Shown here in pieces: positions 38,935 through 49,086 of a stretch of 64,000 nucleotides of DNA; position 1 is the stretch's first letter, and each line of letters opens with the position of its first letter. The stretch is from a bacterium. Lineage in GTDB: Bacteria > Patescibacteriota > Dojkabacteria > JAKAPS01 > JAJZLI01. Below the pieces are notes generated by a model. That model ran no database searches, was not told where the DNA came from, and saw only the letters and a list, made by a program, of their open reading frames with translations. The position numbers and the translations under genes were made by a program. The stretch spans positions 37,884 to 101,883 of the forward strand of contig DAIDGT010000001.1 in assembly GCA_027459825.1 (NCBI GenBank), written 5' to 3'.

Positions 38935-41900
38935 ATGCATAAATCTTATTTCTATCAAAAATTAAATCGTATTAGATTTAATATAATTGCAATATTGATA
39001 TTCGTGATAGGAATAATAATAGGTTCATATTTAACAATATCAAAAATTATTCCAACGATATTTGCTACGTCACAAACATCAATAAGCTACAGTACTGATA
39101 CTCAGTTTAATACAGGAACTATGTCTTCAACACAAGTATCAGGAAGTGGTAGCTCTGCAGTAGTAGAACTTAATGGGGGGTCTACAACTCCAGCCTGGTA
39201 TAATATAAATTGGAATTATAGACAAGAAATTACAATTAATTACACTCAAGTAACTTCTAGCCAAACAAATTTTCCAGTTCTAATAAGTATAAACTCAGAT
39301 ACAAGCCTTGCGACATATGCCCAATCAAACGGTAATGATATATTATTTACTTCAGATGACGGAATAACTAAGTTAAATCATGAAATCGAACAATACAACA
39401 CATCCACTGGGCAACTAATTGCATGGGTAAATGTTCCTTCATTGTCCTCGTCAACAAATACTATTTTATATATGTATTATGGTAACTCAAATGCTTCAAA
39501 CCAACAAAATACAGCAGGGGTGTGGGACAGTAATTACTCTGGAATATGGCATTTACCAAATGGAACTAACCTTAGCGCAAATGATTCTACAAGTAATGCC
39601 AATAATGGAACAATTTATGGAGTAACACCGACAACAGGAAAAATTGGAGGTGCAGGATATTTTAATGGATCAAGTTACATAGAAGTCCCTAATTCCTCAA
39701 GCCTGCAAGTAGGAAAACCAGGATTTACTTTTGAAGCTTGGGTGAATCCAAATAATATATCCAATTGTGGTAGTTTTAATTGCATAATCTTTAATGAAGA
39801 AAATAGCTATGAATGGGCAATATCAAATAATGGACTCTTAGGTATTGCTATTGCAAATACTACTCCAGGGTGGAATTGGGTAAGTACAAGCCAAATTATA
39901 CCTACAAATCAATGGACAAACTTGGTAATAACATATGATGGGTCGTATATAAAAACATATATTAATGGGACTCTACAAAATACAATAACTGGAAGTGGAA
40001 ATTTAACAAGTGTAACAACTGCGTTAAGAATTGGGGCCAGAGGAGCACCAAGTAGTGCATTTGCTTTCTGGTATGGTTCACTTGATGAAATCCGTATATC
40101 TAGTATAGCTCGCTCTTCTTCTTGGATATCAACAGCATATAATAACGAGAATTCCCCTTCAAGTTTTTTTACCCTAGGGTCCCAAGAGACTTCAATTGCC
40201 ACATCAGGATATTGGGAATCTCCTTCTAACTCAAATACCATAGACCTTATTTGGAATGGTGGTTGGGGAGACGGCAGTAATGATACCTCAACTGCTTTTT
40301 CTGCAACAGTAGCATCAGTAAATACAAACCAAACAATAACATTTGAAATGAAGACAGCAACAAGCGAAGCAAATTTAAGCACATCTCCATATATTACTTT
40401 AGGAACAGTAAATTCGGGAACAACATTTACAACAACTGCAGCACAAATGAATTCCTTAGGATTATCTGCAGGAGACTACCGGTACCTACAAGTTGAGGCT
40501 ATATTCTCACAATCAACAGGAACATCTCCCCAACTTGATAATTTTACAATTTACTATACAAAAGATAATACTCCCCCAGAAACTAACGCATCTTCTATAC
40601 TAATGTATACTTCGAATGGAGGACGTAGCATTTCTCAATATGGATGGGATAATAGCTCTACACCATATTTTAGCTGGACAGCAGGAAGTGATTCTCAATC
40701 AGGAATGAAAGGATATTGTCTTTACTTAGGAACAAGTAACAGCACCATACCTTCTACTTCTTCTTCAGGAAACTTAAATCCAAATAATTCCCCTATTTCT
40801 GCCAGTGGCACCGGATGTGAAGGAGGAAATGGATTTATAACATCATCTACATCAATAGACCTCTCTACTTCTGGGTACCTACAAACCCAACTCACAACAT
40901 CAACTTCTCCATACTATCTAGGTGTAGCAGCAGTAGATAATGAAGGAAATATAGATTCAAATTTTGTATACTTTACATTCTATTTTGACAATACAATCCC
41001 AAATAACGTATCCTATATATCATGCCCTGGAGGAAACTTTTCCAATGTCACTAATATGAGTTTTTCATGGCCGACAAGTGGAAGTAATGCATCATCCTCA
41101 ATAGCAGCTCCTATACTTGGGTGGCAATACCAAATTAACTCTACTTCAGGGACATGGAATGGACCTAATTACAATTCAAGCCTTAGTGTGAACTATATAC
41201 CATCAACGAATTCATCATATACACTAACATCATCGGACAGCTCATCTATAATAGTAGGTGATAATATAATCTACTTTAGAACCATAGATGAAGCAGGAAA
41301 TATATCCTCTTACAGAACATGCTCAATTGCATATGGAGGACAGGCACCTATATTTCCAATAGGTGGACAAGTACTGGTAACACCCAACACCTCAAACACC
41401 AATACATTCTCTCTATCATGGCCATCAGCAACAGCAACAACGGGACAAACTGTCGCTGATTACTATTATATGGTTAATAATACACCACCATCGTCCCTTG
41501 CAACCCTTCAGGAAAATGGAGGAAAGTATATAAATAATGGAACTTCAACTGAGGTATCTGCAACTGTTCTTTCAAATGCAGTTAAAGGAACAAATACAGT
41601 ATATGTTGTGGCAATAGATAATTCTGCTACCCCAAACTACTCCCCATCTAATTATATATCAGGAACATTTACTCTAAATTCCAATAACCCAGATCCTGTA
41701 TCAAATTTAGTAGCAACAGATTCCTCCATTAAGGTAAAATCTCAATGGAATGTAACACTTACATGGTCTGCTCCTTCATATCAGGGAGCAGGAAATCTCA
41801 CTTACCTGATTTATAGATCAACCAATGATATCAATTTTACAGAAGTAGGAACAACTATAGGGCTCTCATATGTAGACAACACTCCAGAATCAACTCTGTA

Positions 41901-43206
41901 TTATTACTACATAATAACCCAAGATGGAGCAAGTGAGTTAAGTGATCAATCAACAACAGTATCAATTACTCCAACAGGAAGATATACAAGTCCAGCAAGT
42001 ATAGAAACTACCCCCACAGTAACCAACATAACGGATAATTCAGCAACCATATCATGGTCTACTGATAGAAACTCTGATTCTAAAATTGAGTATGGGAAAT
42101 CTTCAGGAAACTACTATACAACAGAGCCATACGTTCCTACTCAAGTTACAGAGCATGTAGTCACACTAACTAATCTATCTCCATCCACAACATATTACTA
42201 TAAAGCTATATGGACAGATTCAGATGGTAATACAGGAACATCAACAGAAAGTACATTCACCACTAATCCACCTCCTGAGGTTAGTGATGTTTCTGTGAGT
42301 AATATAACATTGAATAGTGCATATATTTCATTTAGTATTTCTAATGCTGTTGTTGCACAAATCCAGTATGGACCAACAACATCGTTTGGAGGAAGTATTC
42401 CATTAACTACATCTCCAAATAAAAGTCCATATACCGAACCAATAACAGGATTATCTTCAGGAACCCAGTATTATTATAGAATAGCAATGACAGACCCTAC
42501 AGGAAATATATACTATTCTGATACATATAATAATCTAATAACCCCGCCTACCCCAGAAATTTCAAAAATAGAAATATCTGCTGTATCAAATTCTCCAGAA
42601 ATAGACGTATTTGTACAATGGAGTACTAATACAGCAACTTCATCTGTCATCTCCTATGGAGGAAAAACTCAAGTAGATGAAAATTTCATATCAGGAGAGC
42701 ATCAAGCAATTATTACAAATCTTTCATCTAATACAAAATATAGTTTAACAATAAAAGTAATAGATAAATATGGAAACCAAGTTACATCTTCTCCTCAAAT
42801 ATTCACAACAGGAATAAATAAAGTTCCCCCTAAAATAGTCAGTTTAAATATACAAACACAATTGATGAAATCATCTTCAGGAAATACACAAATTATAATA
42901 TCATGGACAACTGACAAACCATCTACATCTCAAGTTGAGTACGGGGAGGGAACAGGAACAACATATTCTCAAAAAAGTACAGAGGACAATCATTATGTAA
43001 TTAATCATGTAGTGGTAATCTCTAACCTTCCAACAGCAAGAATATATCATATAAAAGCTATATCAGTTGATAGTAATGGAAATGTAGGTTATTCTTCTGA
43101 TAATATTACTATTACTCCACAGGCTACCGAGAGTGCTCTAAACCTTGTGCTCGGTAATCTTGAGCAAGTTTTTGGATTTTTAGGAAATTTAAATGTATCA
43201 TATTAG
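38935..43206 (+). CDS. giant surface protein B (signal anchor, DUF2341-like, LamG_3 lectin-like domain, Fn3-like repeats, same C-terminal tag)
   Basis: 1423 aa, paralog of protein A. It contains a concanavalin-like LamG_3 region ending in the typical GSLDEIRIS motif that protein A lacks. The C-terminal 30 aa are identical to A. Confidence 0.7.
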   Translation: MHKSYFYQKLNRIRFNIIAILIFVIGIIIGSYLTISKIIPTIFATSQTSISYSTDTQFNTGTMSSTQVSGSGSSAVVELNGGSTTPAWYNINWNYRQEITINYTQVTSSQTNFPVLISINSDTSLATYAQSNGNDILFTSDDGITKLNHEIEQYNTSTGQLIAWVNVPSLSSSTNTILYMYYGNSNASNQQNTAGVWDSNYSGIWHLPNGTNLSANDSTSNANNGTIYGVTPTTGKIGGAGYFNGSSYIEVPNSSSLQVGKPGFTFEAWVNPNNISNCGSFNCIIFNEENSYEWAISNNGLLGIAIANTTPGWNWVSTSQIIPTNQWTNLVITYDGSYIKTYINGTLQNTITGSGNLTSVTTALRIGARGAPSSAFAFWYGSLDEIRISSIARSSSWISTAYNNENSPSSFFTLGSQETSIATSGYWESPSNSNTIDLIWNGGWGDGSNDTSTAFSATVASVNTNQTITFEMKTATSEANLSTSPYITLGTVNSGTTFTTTAAQMNSLGLSAGDYRYLQVEAIFSQSTGTSPQLDNFTIYYTKDNTPPETNASSILMYTSNGGRSISQYGWDNSSTPYFSWTAGSDSQSGMKGYCLYLGTSNSTIPSTSSSGNLNPNNSPISASGTGCEGGNGFITSSTSIDLSTSGYLQTQLTTSTSPYYLGVAAVDNEGNIDSNFVYFTFYFDNTIPNNVSYISCPGGNFSNVTNMSFSWPTSGSNASSSIAAPILGWQYQINSTSGTWNGPNYNSSLSVNYIPSTNSSYTLTSSDSSSIIVGDNIIYFRTIDEAGNISSYRTCSIAYGGQAPIFPIGGQVLVTPNTSNTNTFSLSWPSATATTGQTVADYYYMVNNTPPSSLATLQENGGKYINNGTSTEVSATVLSNAVKGTNTVYVVAIDNSATPNYSPSNYISGTFTLNSNNPDPVSNLVATDSSIKVKSQWNVTLTWSAPSYQGAGNLTYLIYRSTNDINFTEVGTTIGLSYVDNTPESTLYYYYIITQDGASELSDQSTTVSITPTGRYTSPASIETTPTVTNITDNSATISWSTDRNSDSKIEYGKSSGNYYTTEPYVPTQVTEHVVTLTNLSPSTTYYYKAIWTDSDGNTGTSTESTFTTNPPPEVSDVSVSNITLNSAYISFSISNAVVAQIQYGPTTSFGGSIPLTTSPNKSPYTEPITGLSSGTQYYYRIAMTDPTGNIYYSDTYNNLITPPTPEISKIEISAVSNSPEIDVFVQWSTNTATSSVISYGGKTQVDENFISGEHQAIITNLSSNTKYSLTIKVIDKYGNQVTSSPQIFTTGINKVPPKIVSLNIQTQLMKSSSGNTQIIISWTTDKPSTSQVEYGEGTGTTYSQKSTEDNHYVINHVVVISNLPTARIYHIKAISVDSNGNVGYSSDNITITPQATESALNLVLGNLEQVFGFLGNLNVSY

Positions 43207-43215
43207 TACGCAAAT

Positions 43216-45780
43216 ATGGGAGATCAAGTAATTATAAATTTAGAACATGTTTCAAAATCTTTTGATAGTGCAGAAAGACAAATACCTGTATTGAAAGATA
43301 TGTCACTATCAATATACAAAGGGGATTTTGCCATCATACTAGGACCTTCAGGGTCAGGAAAATCTACTCTACTTCATACTCTGTTAGGACTAGAGGCACC
43401 AACAACAGGAAAAGTGGAACTATTAAACCAAAACATATATGAAAACTGGGATGAAGATAAAAGATCAGAGTTTAGGAAAAGATATATTGGAATGGTATAC
43501 CAACAATCAAATTGGATACAATCATTATCTGTAATTGACAATATAACCTTCCCGCTATTACTACTTGGAGTGGATAAGGATACAGCAAGACAAAGAGGGA
43601 TGGAACTTCTACAAAACATATCAATGGAAAAATGGGCAGATTTCTCTCCATCAGAACTTTCATCAGGAGAACAACAAAAAATTGCACTTATGAGAGCAAT
43701 AATTACTGATCCCGATATAATAGTTGCAGATGAGCCAACAGGAAATCTTGACTATCAATCAGGAGAAGAATTAATGGAGCTTCTCCAAATGTTCAATAGT
43801 AAAGGAAAAACAGTAATTATGGTTACTCACGACTTAGCATATATAAAATATGCTAAGAGAACAATAAAGATATTTGATGGTGTAATTATGGGTATGTTCC
43901 AAAGGAATATAGCGCAAGAAGAAGAGGCTATGAGAGAGTCTAAAAGAAAAGGGAGTGAAGAATCACAACAACTGGAACAGGGAAGTAGACATATAAAGGT
44001 ACAAGACTTTAAAGAGGAACATATTCCTGAAAAGTACGCGTCACTAGAAGAGCCTACACCAAACTTATTAAAAAGGATATTTCAATTTATACTAACAATT
44101 GTTGTGTGTATATTTGTAGTAGTGATAAATATACTTATATATATTCTAAACTTGCCATTGAGATTATTTCGCTCACATAAACTGATAAAGTCCATAAAAG
44201 TAGACATGAAGTACATAACAGATGGAATACTACAAGGAGCATCATTCTTAATTATGCTATTCTTCTCAATAATTAATATTACTATAAGAGCTATACTATC
44301 TATAAAAATACTAAAGTATATAGGAGCAAACCAAATACAATACATCAGAAAGCAAATATCTAACGGAATAAAATTTATATTTGACAGAAAAGTATCGGGA
44401 AAGATAGGGAGAGAGACAGTAATAAACCTTTCTTACAGTAATTTACATGCAAAAAAATCAAGAACATTTGTAACAATCGGAGGCATAATGATAGGTGTAG
44501 GAATGATTGTTTTCTTAGTATCACTAGGATATGGACTGCAATCTCTGGTTATTTCAAGAGTTGCAAAACTGGGAGCAATTAAAGAAGCAAGTGTTTCAAT
44601 ACAAACAGGAAGTAAATTACAAATTAATGACAATACCTTGTATAAATTAAAATCCATCCCAAATGTTACTGAAGTCTACCCTATTATATCTGTCGTTGGA
44701 AAAGTTATTTACAATAATTCAAATTCTGATATGGCAGTATATGGAGTAACAACAGGATACTTACAATCTCTGAGTATTAATCCTATCAAGGGAAATTTCT
44801 TTAATAATAATAATCTAACAAATAAGCTTCCAATAGAAACCCAGCAACAATCAAACCAACAAGGAAGCAGTACTACATCAAATAGCACTTCTGGAAACCA
44901 AACAGGAAACGGATCTCTTCCTTTTATAAATGTACCTTCTCTTTCTACTCCAGTACAAACACCAAAAACAACACTGGTGTCTTTACTATCATCATCAAAT
45001 GATACAGTAGTAAATCAGGCAATGTTAACTGAACTTGGGATACCAGAGCAGCAAGCAATAGGAAAAACATTCCAATCATCCTTCATAGTAACATCTAACC
45101 TTTTAAACAATACAAATCAGTCAATACAAACAAAGCCTATTACATTTAAAATAGTAGGAATACTACCAGGGACATCCACTCCTGATATATATGTACCGTT
45201 TATAGATTTAAGGTCAATTGGTATAACAAATTATTCTCAACTTGAAGTTGTTGTAAATCAGGCAAATCAACTTGCATTAGTAAGGAAACAAATAGAATCA
45301 TACGGATATGCGACAACATCGGTTGCAGATACTGTGTCACAAATTAATGGAGTATTTAATACATTAAGAATAATATTGGCACTATTTGGATTTATTGCTT
45401 TAATTGTTGCAGCCTTAGGTATGCTTAATACATTAACAATATCACTTCTTGAGAGAACAAGAGAAGTTGGTTTAATGAAAGCTCTTGGAATGCAATCAAA
45501 TGAAGTAATGGAATTATTCTTAACAGAATCAATGGTTATGTCTGTATTGGGAGGAATTCTAGGTATAGTATTTGGTTATGTTATAGGTAAAATATTAAGT
45601 ATATTGCTATCAATAATATCTATATCAAAAGGAGGGGGATATATAAATATATCTACAATTCCATGGAGCATGATTATTGTAGTCATAATTCTATCAGTAA
45701 TAGTGGGAGGAATAACAGGAATATACCCTGCAGCAAGAACACGAAGAATATCTGCATTGAATGCATTAAGATATGAATAA
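43216..45780 (+). CDS. MacB-type fused ABC transporter (N-terminal ATPase plus C-terminal FtsX-like permease)
   Basis: Walker A GPSGSGKSTLL, ABC signature LSSGEQQ, Walker B IIVADEPTGNLD, then TM helices, a large extracytoplasmic region and an FtsX-like 4-TM C-terminus. Confidence 0.8.
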   Translation: MGDQVIINLEHVSKSFDSAERQIPVLKDMSLSIYKGDFAIILGPSGSGKSTLLHTLLGLEAPTTGKVELLNQNIYENWDEDKRSEFRKRYIGMVYQQSNWIQSLSVIDNITFPLLLLGVDKDTARQRGMELLQNISMEKWADFSPSELSSGEQQKIALMRAIITDPDIIVADEPTGNLDYQSGEELMELLQMFNSKGKTVIMVTHDLAYIKYAKRTIKIFDGVIMGMFQRNIAQEEEAMRESKRKGSEESQQLEQGSRHIKVQDFKEEHIPEKYASLEEPTPNLLKRIFQFILTIVVCIFVVVINILIYILNLPLRLFRSHKLIKSIKVDMKYITDGILQGASFLIMLFFSIINITIRAILSIKILKYIGANQIQYIRKQISNGIKFIFDRKVSGKIGRETVINLSYSNLHAKKSRTFVTIGGIMIGVGMIVFLVSLGYGLQSLVISRVAKLGAIKEASVSIQTGSKLQINDNTLYKLKSIPNVTEVYPIISVVGKVIYNNSNSDMAVYGVTTGYLQSLSINPIKGNFFNNNNLTNKLPIETQQQSNQQGSSTTSNSTSGNQTGNGSLPFINVPSLSTPVQTPKTTLVSLLSSSNDTVVNQAMLTELGIPEQQAIGKTFQSSFIVTSNLLNNTNQSIQTKPITFKIVGILPGTSTPDIYVPFIDLRSIGITNYSQLEVVVNQANQLALVRKQIESYGYATTSVADTVSQINGVFNTLRIILALFGFIALIVAALGMLNTLTISLLERTREVGLMKALGMQSNEVMELFLTESMVMSVLGGILGIVFGYVIGKILSILLSIISISKGGGYINISTIPWSMIIVVIILSVIVGGITGIYPAARTRRISALNALRYE

Positions 45781-45924
45781 ACATCAGGTTAATGACAATC
45801 TCTGATTTACCCATAAACATCCCTACACAGTCATCGGATGACCAATTTATGGAAGAATATTCATATAACTTCACCTATGTAATTTAAATTTATAATTTTT
45901 CAAAAATAATGTAATATTAATAAC

Positions 45925-47544
45925 ATGGATAATCTGCTTCGAAATATTATCTCAAGAGAAAAAGTATTTGGGATAGACATTACAAACTCATCCATTCGTA
46001 TAATACAATTTGAAACAAAAAAGGACTATTTTGTACTAAAAAGTATAGCAGAAGAAGAAATACCTATTACCTCATTTGTAGCAGGAGTAATAAGACAAAA
46101 AGACATTGTTGCGCAAAAATTAATAGATTCAATAGAAAAAGCATATCCTAAAAGAATTACAACGAAATTTGCAGTAGTGCTATTACCAGATGATCAAATA
46201 TATACCCAGATAATAAAACTACCAAAGGTAGAGAAAAATAAAATAGAAAAAGCAATAGCCTTTCAGCTCTCTTCTTTCATACCGATGAAAGAAGATGAAG
46301 TTTACTGGGATTTTGCAATACTATCAGAAGATACAAATAACTATGAAATCATTATAAATGCAGTAGGAAAAGAAAGCGCAGATTCATTTATAGAAACATT
46401 AAATATTGCAGGTATCACCCCGCTTGTATTTGAAAGTAGATCACAAGCAGCATTAAGAGCAATCAAGGGGCATAATAAAACAGAAGAAGAGTATATGTTA
46501 ATAGACATTGGGAAGAGTATTACTAATATTGCCATCACAAAGAAGGATGCTATACAATTTTCATCCTCAGTTTTCTTTGGTGTAAATCAAATTATAAAAG
46601 TAATAGGAGAATACAATAAAATTAATGATGACAAAATAAAAGAGATACTAGAGAAAAATGGAGTGGCATCTGAAGATACTGAATTACAAAAACATATTGA
46701 TACTCTATTTATACAACCTATGCAGGAAATGCAAAAAGCAATTAACTATTATGGAGAAGAAAAGATATCAAAAGTATATCTGTATGGCGATGGAGCTCAA
46801 TTAAAAGGAGTGCTTGATAAATTCCAATCACAAACTAGTGTAAAAACAGAAATTGCGGGTATTGATATAAAAATATATCCGATACTACAGTGGGAAAAAC
46901 ATGAAAAAATTTCTCCATATATTTCAATTATAGGAATTGAAATGATAAATAAGATAAAAAATCTTATTTATATAAATATTCTACCTAAAAAACAAAAAAG
47001 CATCGGAGTAAGTAAATATATAAAGAAACAAACATTAGGACTATTAAAATTTATTTTAATAGATCTTGTTATACTTTCTGTAGGGATGCTTTATCTAAGT
47101 TATCAAAATACACAATCTATGCAGAATATACAAAATGCAATACAAACCTATATACAGGCAAACAATAACCCTAGATACAAAGGACTGAATACAAAAATAA
47201 ATACACTGAATACAGAACTTTCAAATTTATCTAACGCATACAAGACACAATACATGTGGTCAAAAACAATAGAAGAGATTTCAAATCTAATACCTTCAGG
47301 AGTAACATTAAACCAATTTAAAGTACAAAATACTGCAAAAACACAAAGTAGCTCAACAGTATCAGTAAACCCTGTATGGCAGATTACACTTGGAGGAATA
47401 GCGCAAACAGGATCACTAGTAGTCAATCTTGCAAATACACTTGAAAAAGAAAAAGGGATATCAAATGTAGAAATGCCTATTTCTAATTTTCAATCTAGCC
47501 AGAATACAAACTTTACTATAACATTTAATATTACCCCACAATGA
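45925..47544 (+). CDS. PilM-PilN fusion protein (actin-like ATPase fold plus inner-membrane PilN segment)
   Basis: N-terminus VFGIDITNSSIRIIQFE is the PilM actin-like start. After about 340 aa there is an INILPKKQK motif (the PilN INLLP-type motif), followed by a TM helix and a periplasmic domain. Confidence 0.6.
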   Translation: MDNLLRNIISREKVFGIDITNSSIRIIQFETKKDYFVLKSIAEEEIPITSFVAGVIRQKDIVAQKLIDSIEKAYPKRITTKFAVVLLPDDQIYTQIIKLPKVEKNKIEKAIAFQLSSFIPMKEDEVYWDFAILSEDTNNYEIIINAVGKESADSFIETLNIAGITPLVFESRSQAALRAIKGHNKTEEEYMLIDIGKSITNIAITKKDAIQFSSSVFFGVNQIIKVIGEYNKINDDKIKEILEKNGVASEDTELQKHIDTLFIQPMQEMQKAINYYGEEKISKVYLYGDGAQLKGVLDKFQSQTSVKTEIAGIDIKIYPILQWEKHEKISPYISIIGIEMINKIKNLIYINILPKKQKSIGVSKYIKKQTLGLLKFILIDLVILSVGMLYLSYQNTQSMQNIQNAIQTYIQANNNPRYKGLNTKINTLNTELSNLSNAYKTQYMWSKTIEEISNLIPSGVTLNQFKVQNTAKTQSSSTVSVNPVWQITLGGIAQTGSLVVNLANTLEKEKGISNVEMPISNFQSSQNTNFTITFNITPQ

Positions 47545-48083
47545 AAAGAAAAAATATAAAAACATATATAATCTTTACTGTATTTATAATATCTATTATA
47601 TATTTGACCTATTTTTCTTACTCAAAATACACAAAATCCACAAAACAGAAAGTAGAATTACAAAATACTCTCACTATTTTACAAGCTAAACAAGTACAGG
47701 ATATACAGGTATTAAAAGAGTATAATACATACTTTCCAGGTATTAGTGATATACAAAATACAATAGTAACAAACAACTCCCTACTTAACTGGGTAAATCA
47801 AGAAAACTTAGTTGCATCAATTACAGGGAATGCAAACACAATAGAATTTCAAAATGCCACAGTTACTCAAAATAATATACAAATAAACGGGAATACATCA
47901 ACCGCTCCAATTCAAGACCTAATTGTTAATATTAACCTTCAAGGAAATTTTCAACAGTTAGTAAACTTTCTTGCAATGATGGAAAATTCATATTATTTCA
48001 CAAATGTAACATCAATTGCCTCCCAAACTGAAAATTCAGGAGCTCTTAATACATCAATAACATTAGAACTACACATATCATGA
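47541..48083 (+). CDS. PilO-like protein
   Basis: N-terminal TM helix, coiled coil, then a periplasmic domain. Translationally coupled (ATGA) to pilMN. Confidence 0.4.
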   Translation: MKRKNIKTYIIFTVFIISIIYLTYFSYSKYTKSTKQKVELQNTLTILQAKQVQDIQVLKEYNTYFPGISDIQNTIVTNNSLLNWVNQENLVASITGNANTIEFQNATVTQNNIQINGNTSTAPIQDLIVNINLQGNFQQLVNFLAMMENSYYFTNVTSIASQTENSGALNTSITLELHIS

Positions 48084-48334
48084 ATGACAAGTCTTTTCTC
48101 ACAACACATCAAATAGAATTAGTAAAACTAATAATTGCAATCATAGTGATATTGGCAAATATCTATGTTGCATATAAATTATTAAATTTAGGAAAGAGTA
48201 TTCCTACTCCACAACCAACAACTCCAACTATAAATGTCTCTGAATATAAAACTCTAGAAAAGACAGTATCGACAAAACAGATATACTCATCATCATCTGC
48301 CTCCCCTAATATATCTGTGCCAAATATATTCTAA
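48080..48334 (+). CDS. small single-TM protein (possible PilP-like lipoprotein or periplasmic component)
   Basis: 84 aa with one TM and a Pro/Thr-rich tail. Coupled to the pilO-like gene. Confidence 0.25.
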   Translation: MNDKSFLTTHQIELVKLIIAIIVILANIYVAYKLLNLGKSIPTPQPTTPTINVSEYKTLEKTVSTKQIYSSSSASPNISVPNIF

Positions 48335-48348
48335 AAATAAGACAGAAA

Positions 48349-49086
48349 ATGATAGACATAAAACCTAAAAAGTCACTAGGACAAAACTTCCTTAAGGATA
48401 AAAATGTTATAAAAAAAATTGTATCTAACTTAAAAGAGAATGATTATGTACTTGAAGTTGGACCAGGAACAGGACAGATTACAAATGAGATATTAAAGAA
48501 AACAAAAAATTTATCTGTAGTAGAAATTGATAAAGAATTATCTCAATTTATACAAAATAAATATCCATCGATAACTGTATACACTGAAAACATATTAAAT
48601 TTCAAAATAGACACATATTTAGACCAATTTCATACAAAAAATTACAAGGTAATTGGAGCATTGCCATATCATATTTCCAAAGATATAATTTCCAAGTTTA
48701 TAAAAACAGATCCAAGACCAACAGATATGACATTTATAGTGCAAAAAGAAGTTGCAGATAAGTACTTATATGAAGGAAACCTACTGCATAATACACTCAA
48801 GATATATGCAAATGAAATTAAATCTTTAGGATTGGTACAAAAAACAAAATTCTACCCAATACCAAAAGTTGAAAGTAAAATTATATACATATGTAACCTA
48901 AAAAAGATTAATACTGAATCATATGAATTTGAAAACTTTTTAAAGAAGGCATATATGTTCCCAAGAAAAACACTGAAGAACAATAAAAATATAGCTTCAT
49001 TTGAATTTTATCAGAAAAGACCTGAAGAACTCTCCTATACAGATTGGCAAAATTTATTCTTAAAAAACAAATCAATTTCCCTTTAA
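48349..49086 (+). CDS. rsmA: 16S rRNA (adenine1518/1519-N6)-dimethyltransferase
   Basis: KKSLGQNFLKD start and the SAM-binding motif LEVGPGTGQIT. Confidence 0.85.
   Translation: MIDIKPKKSLGQNFLKDKNVIKKIVSNLKENDYVLEVGPGTGQITNEILKKTKNLSVVEIDKELSQFIQNKYPSITVYTENILNFKIDTYLDQFHTKNYKVIGALPYHISKDIISKFIKTDPRPTDMTFIVQKEVADKYLYEGNLLHNTLKIYANEIKSLGLVQKTKFYPIPKVESKIIYICNLKKINTESYEFENFLKKAYMFPRKTLKNNKNIASFEFYQKRPEELSYTDWQNLFLKNKSISL

Noticed and set aside
39431-40382. ORFs 39431..39625 (+) and 39909..40382 (-) inside giant gene B, and 36130..36315 and 38172..38417 inside gene A
   Set aside because: They are embedded in or antisense to long conserved multi-domain ORFs. No independent support.
34735-43206. 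Diversity-generating retroelement (template or variable repeat) targeting the giant surface protein genes
   Set aside because: No reverse transcriptase ORF is in the window. The near-identical 3' segments differ by mixed substitutions (t>a, a>g, g>t, t>c), not adenine-specific changes.
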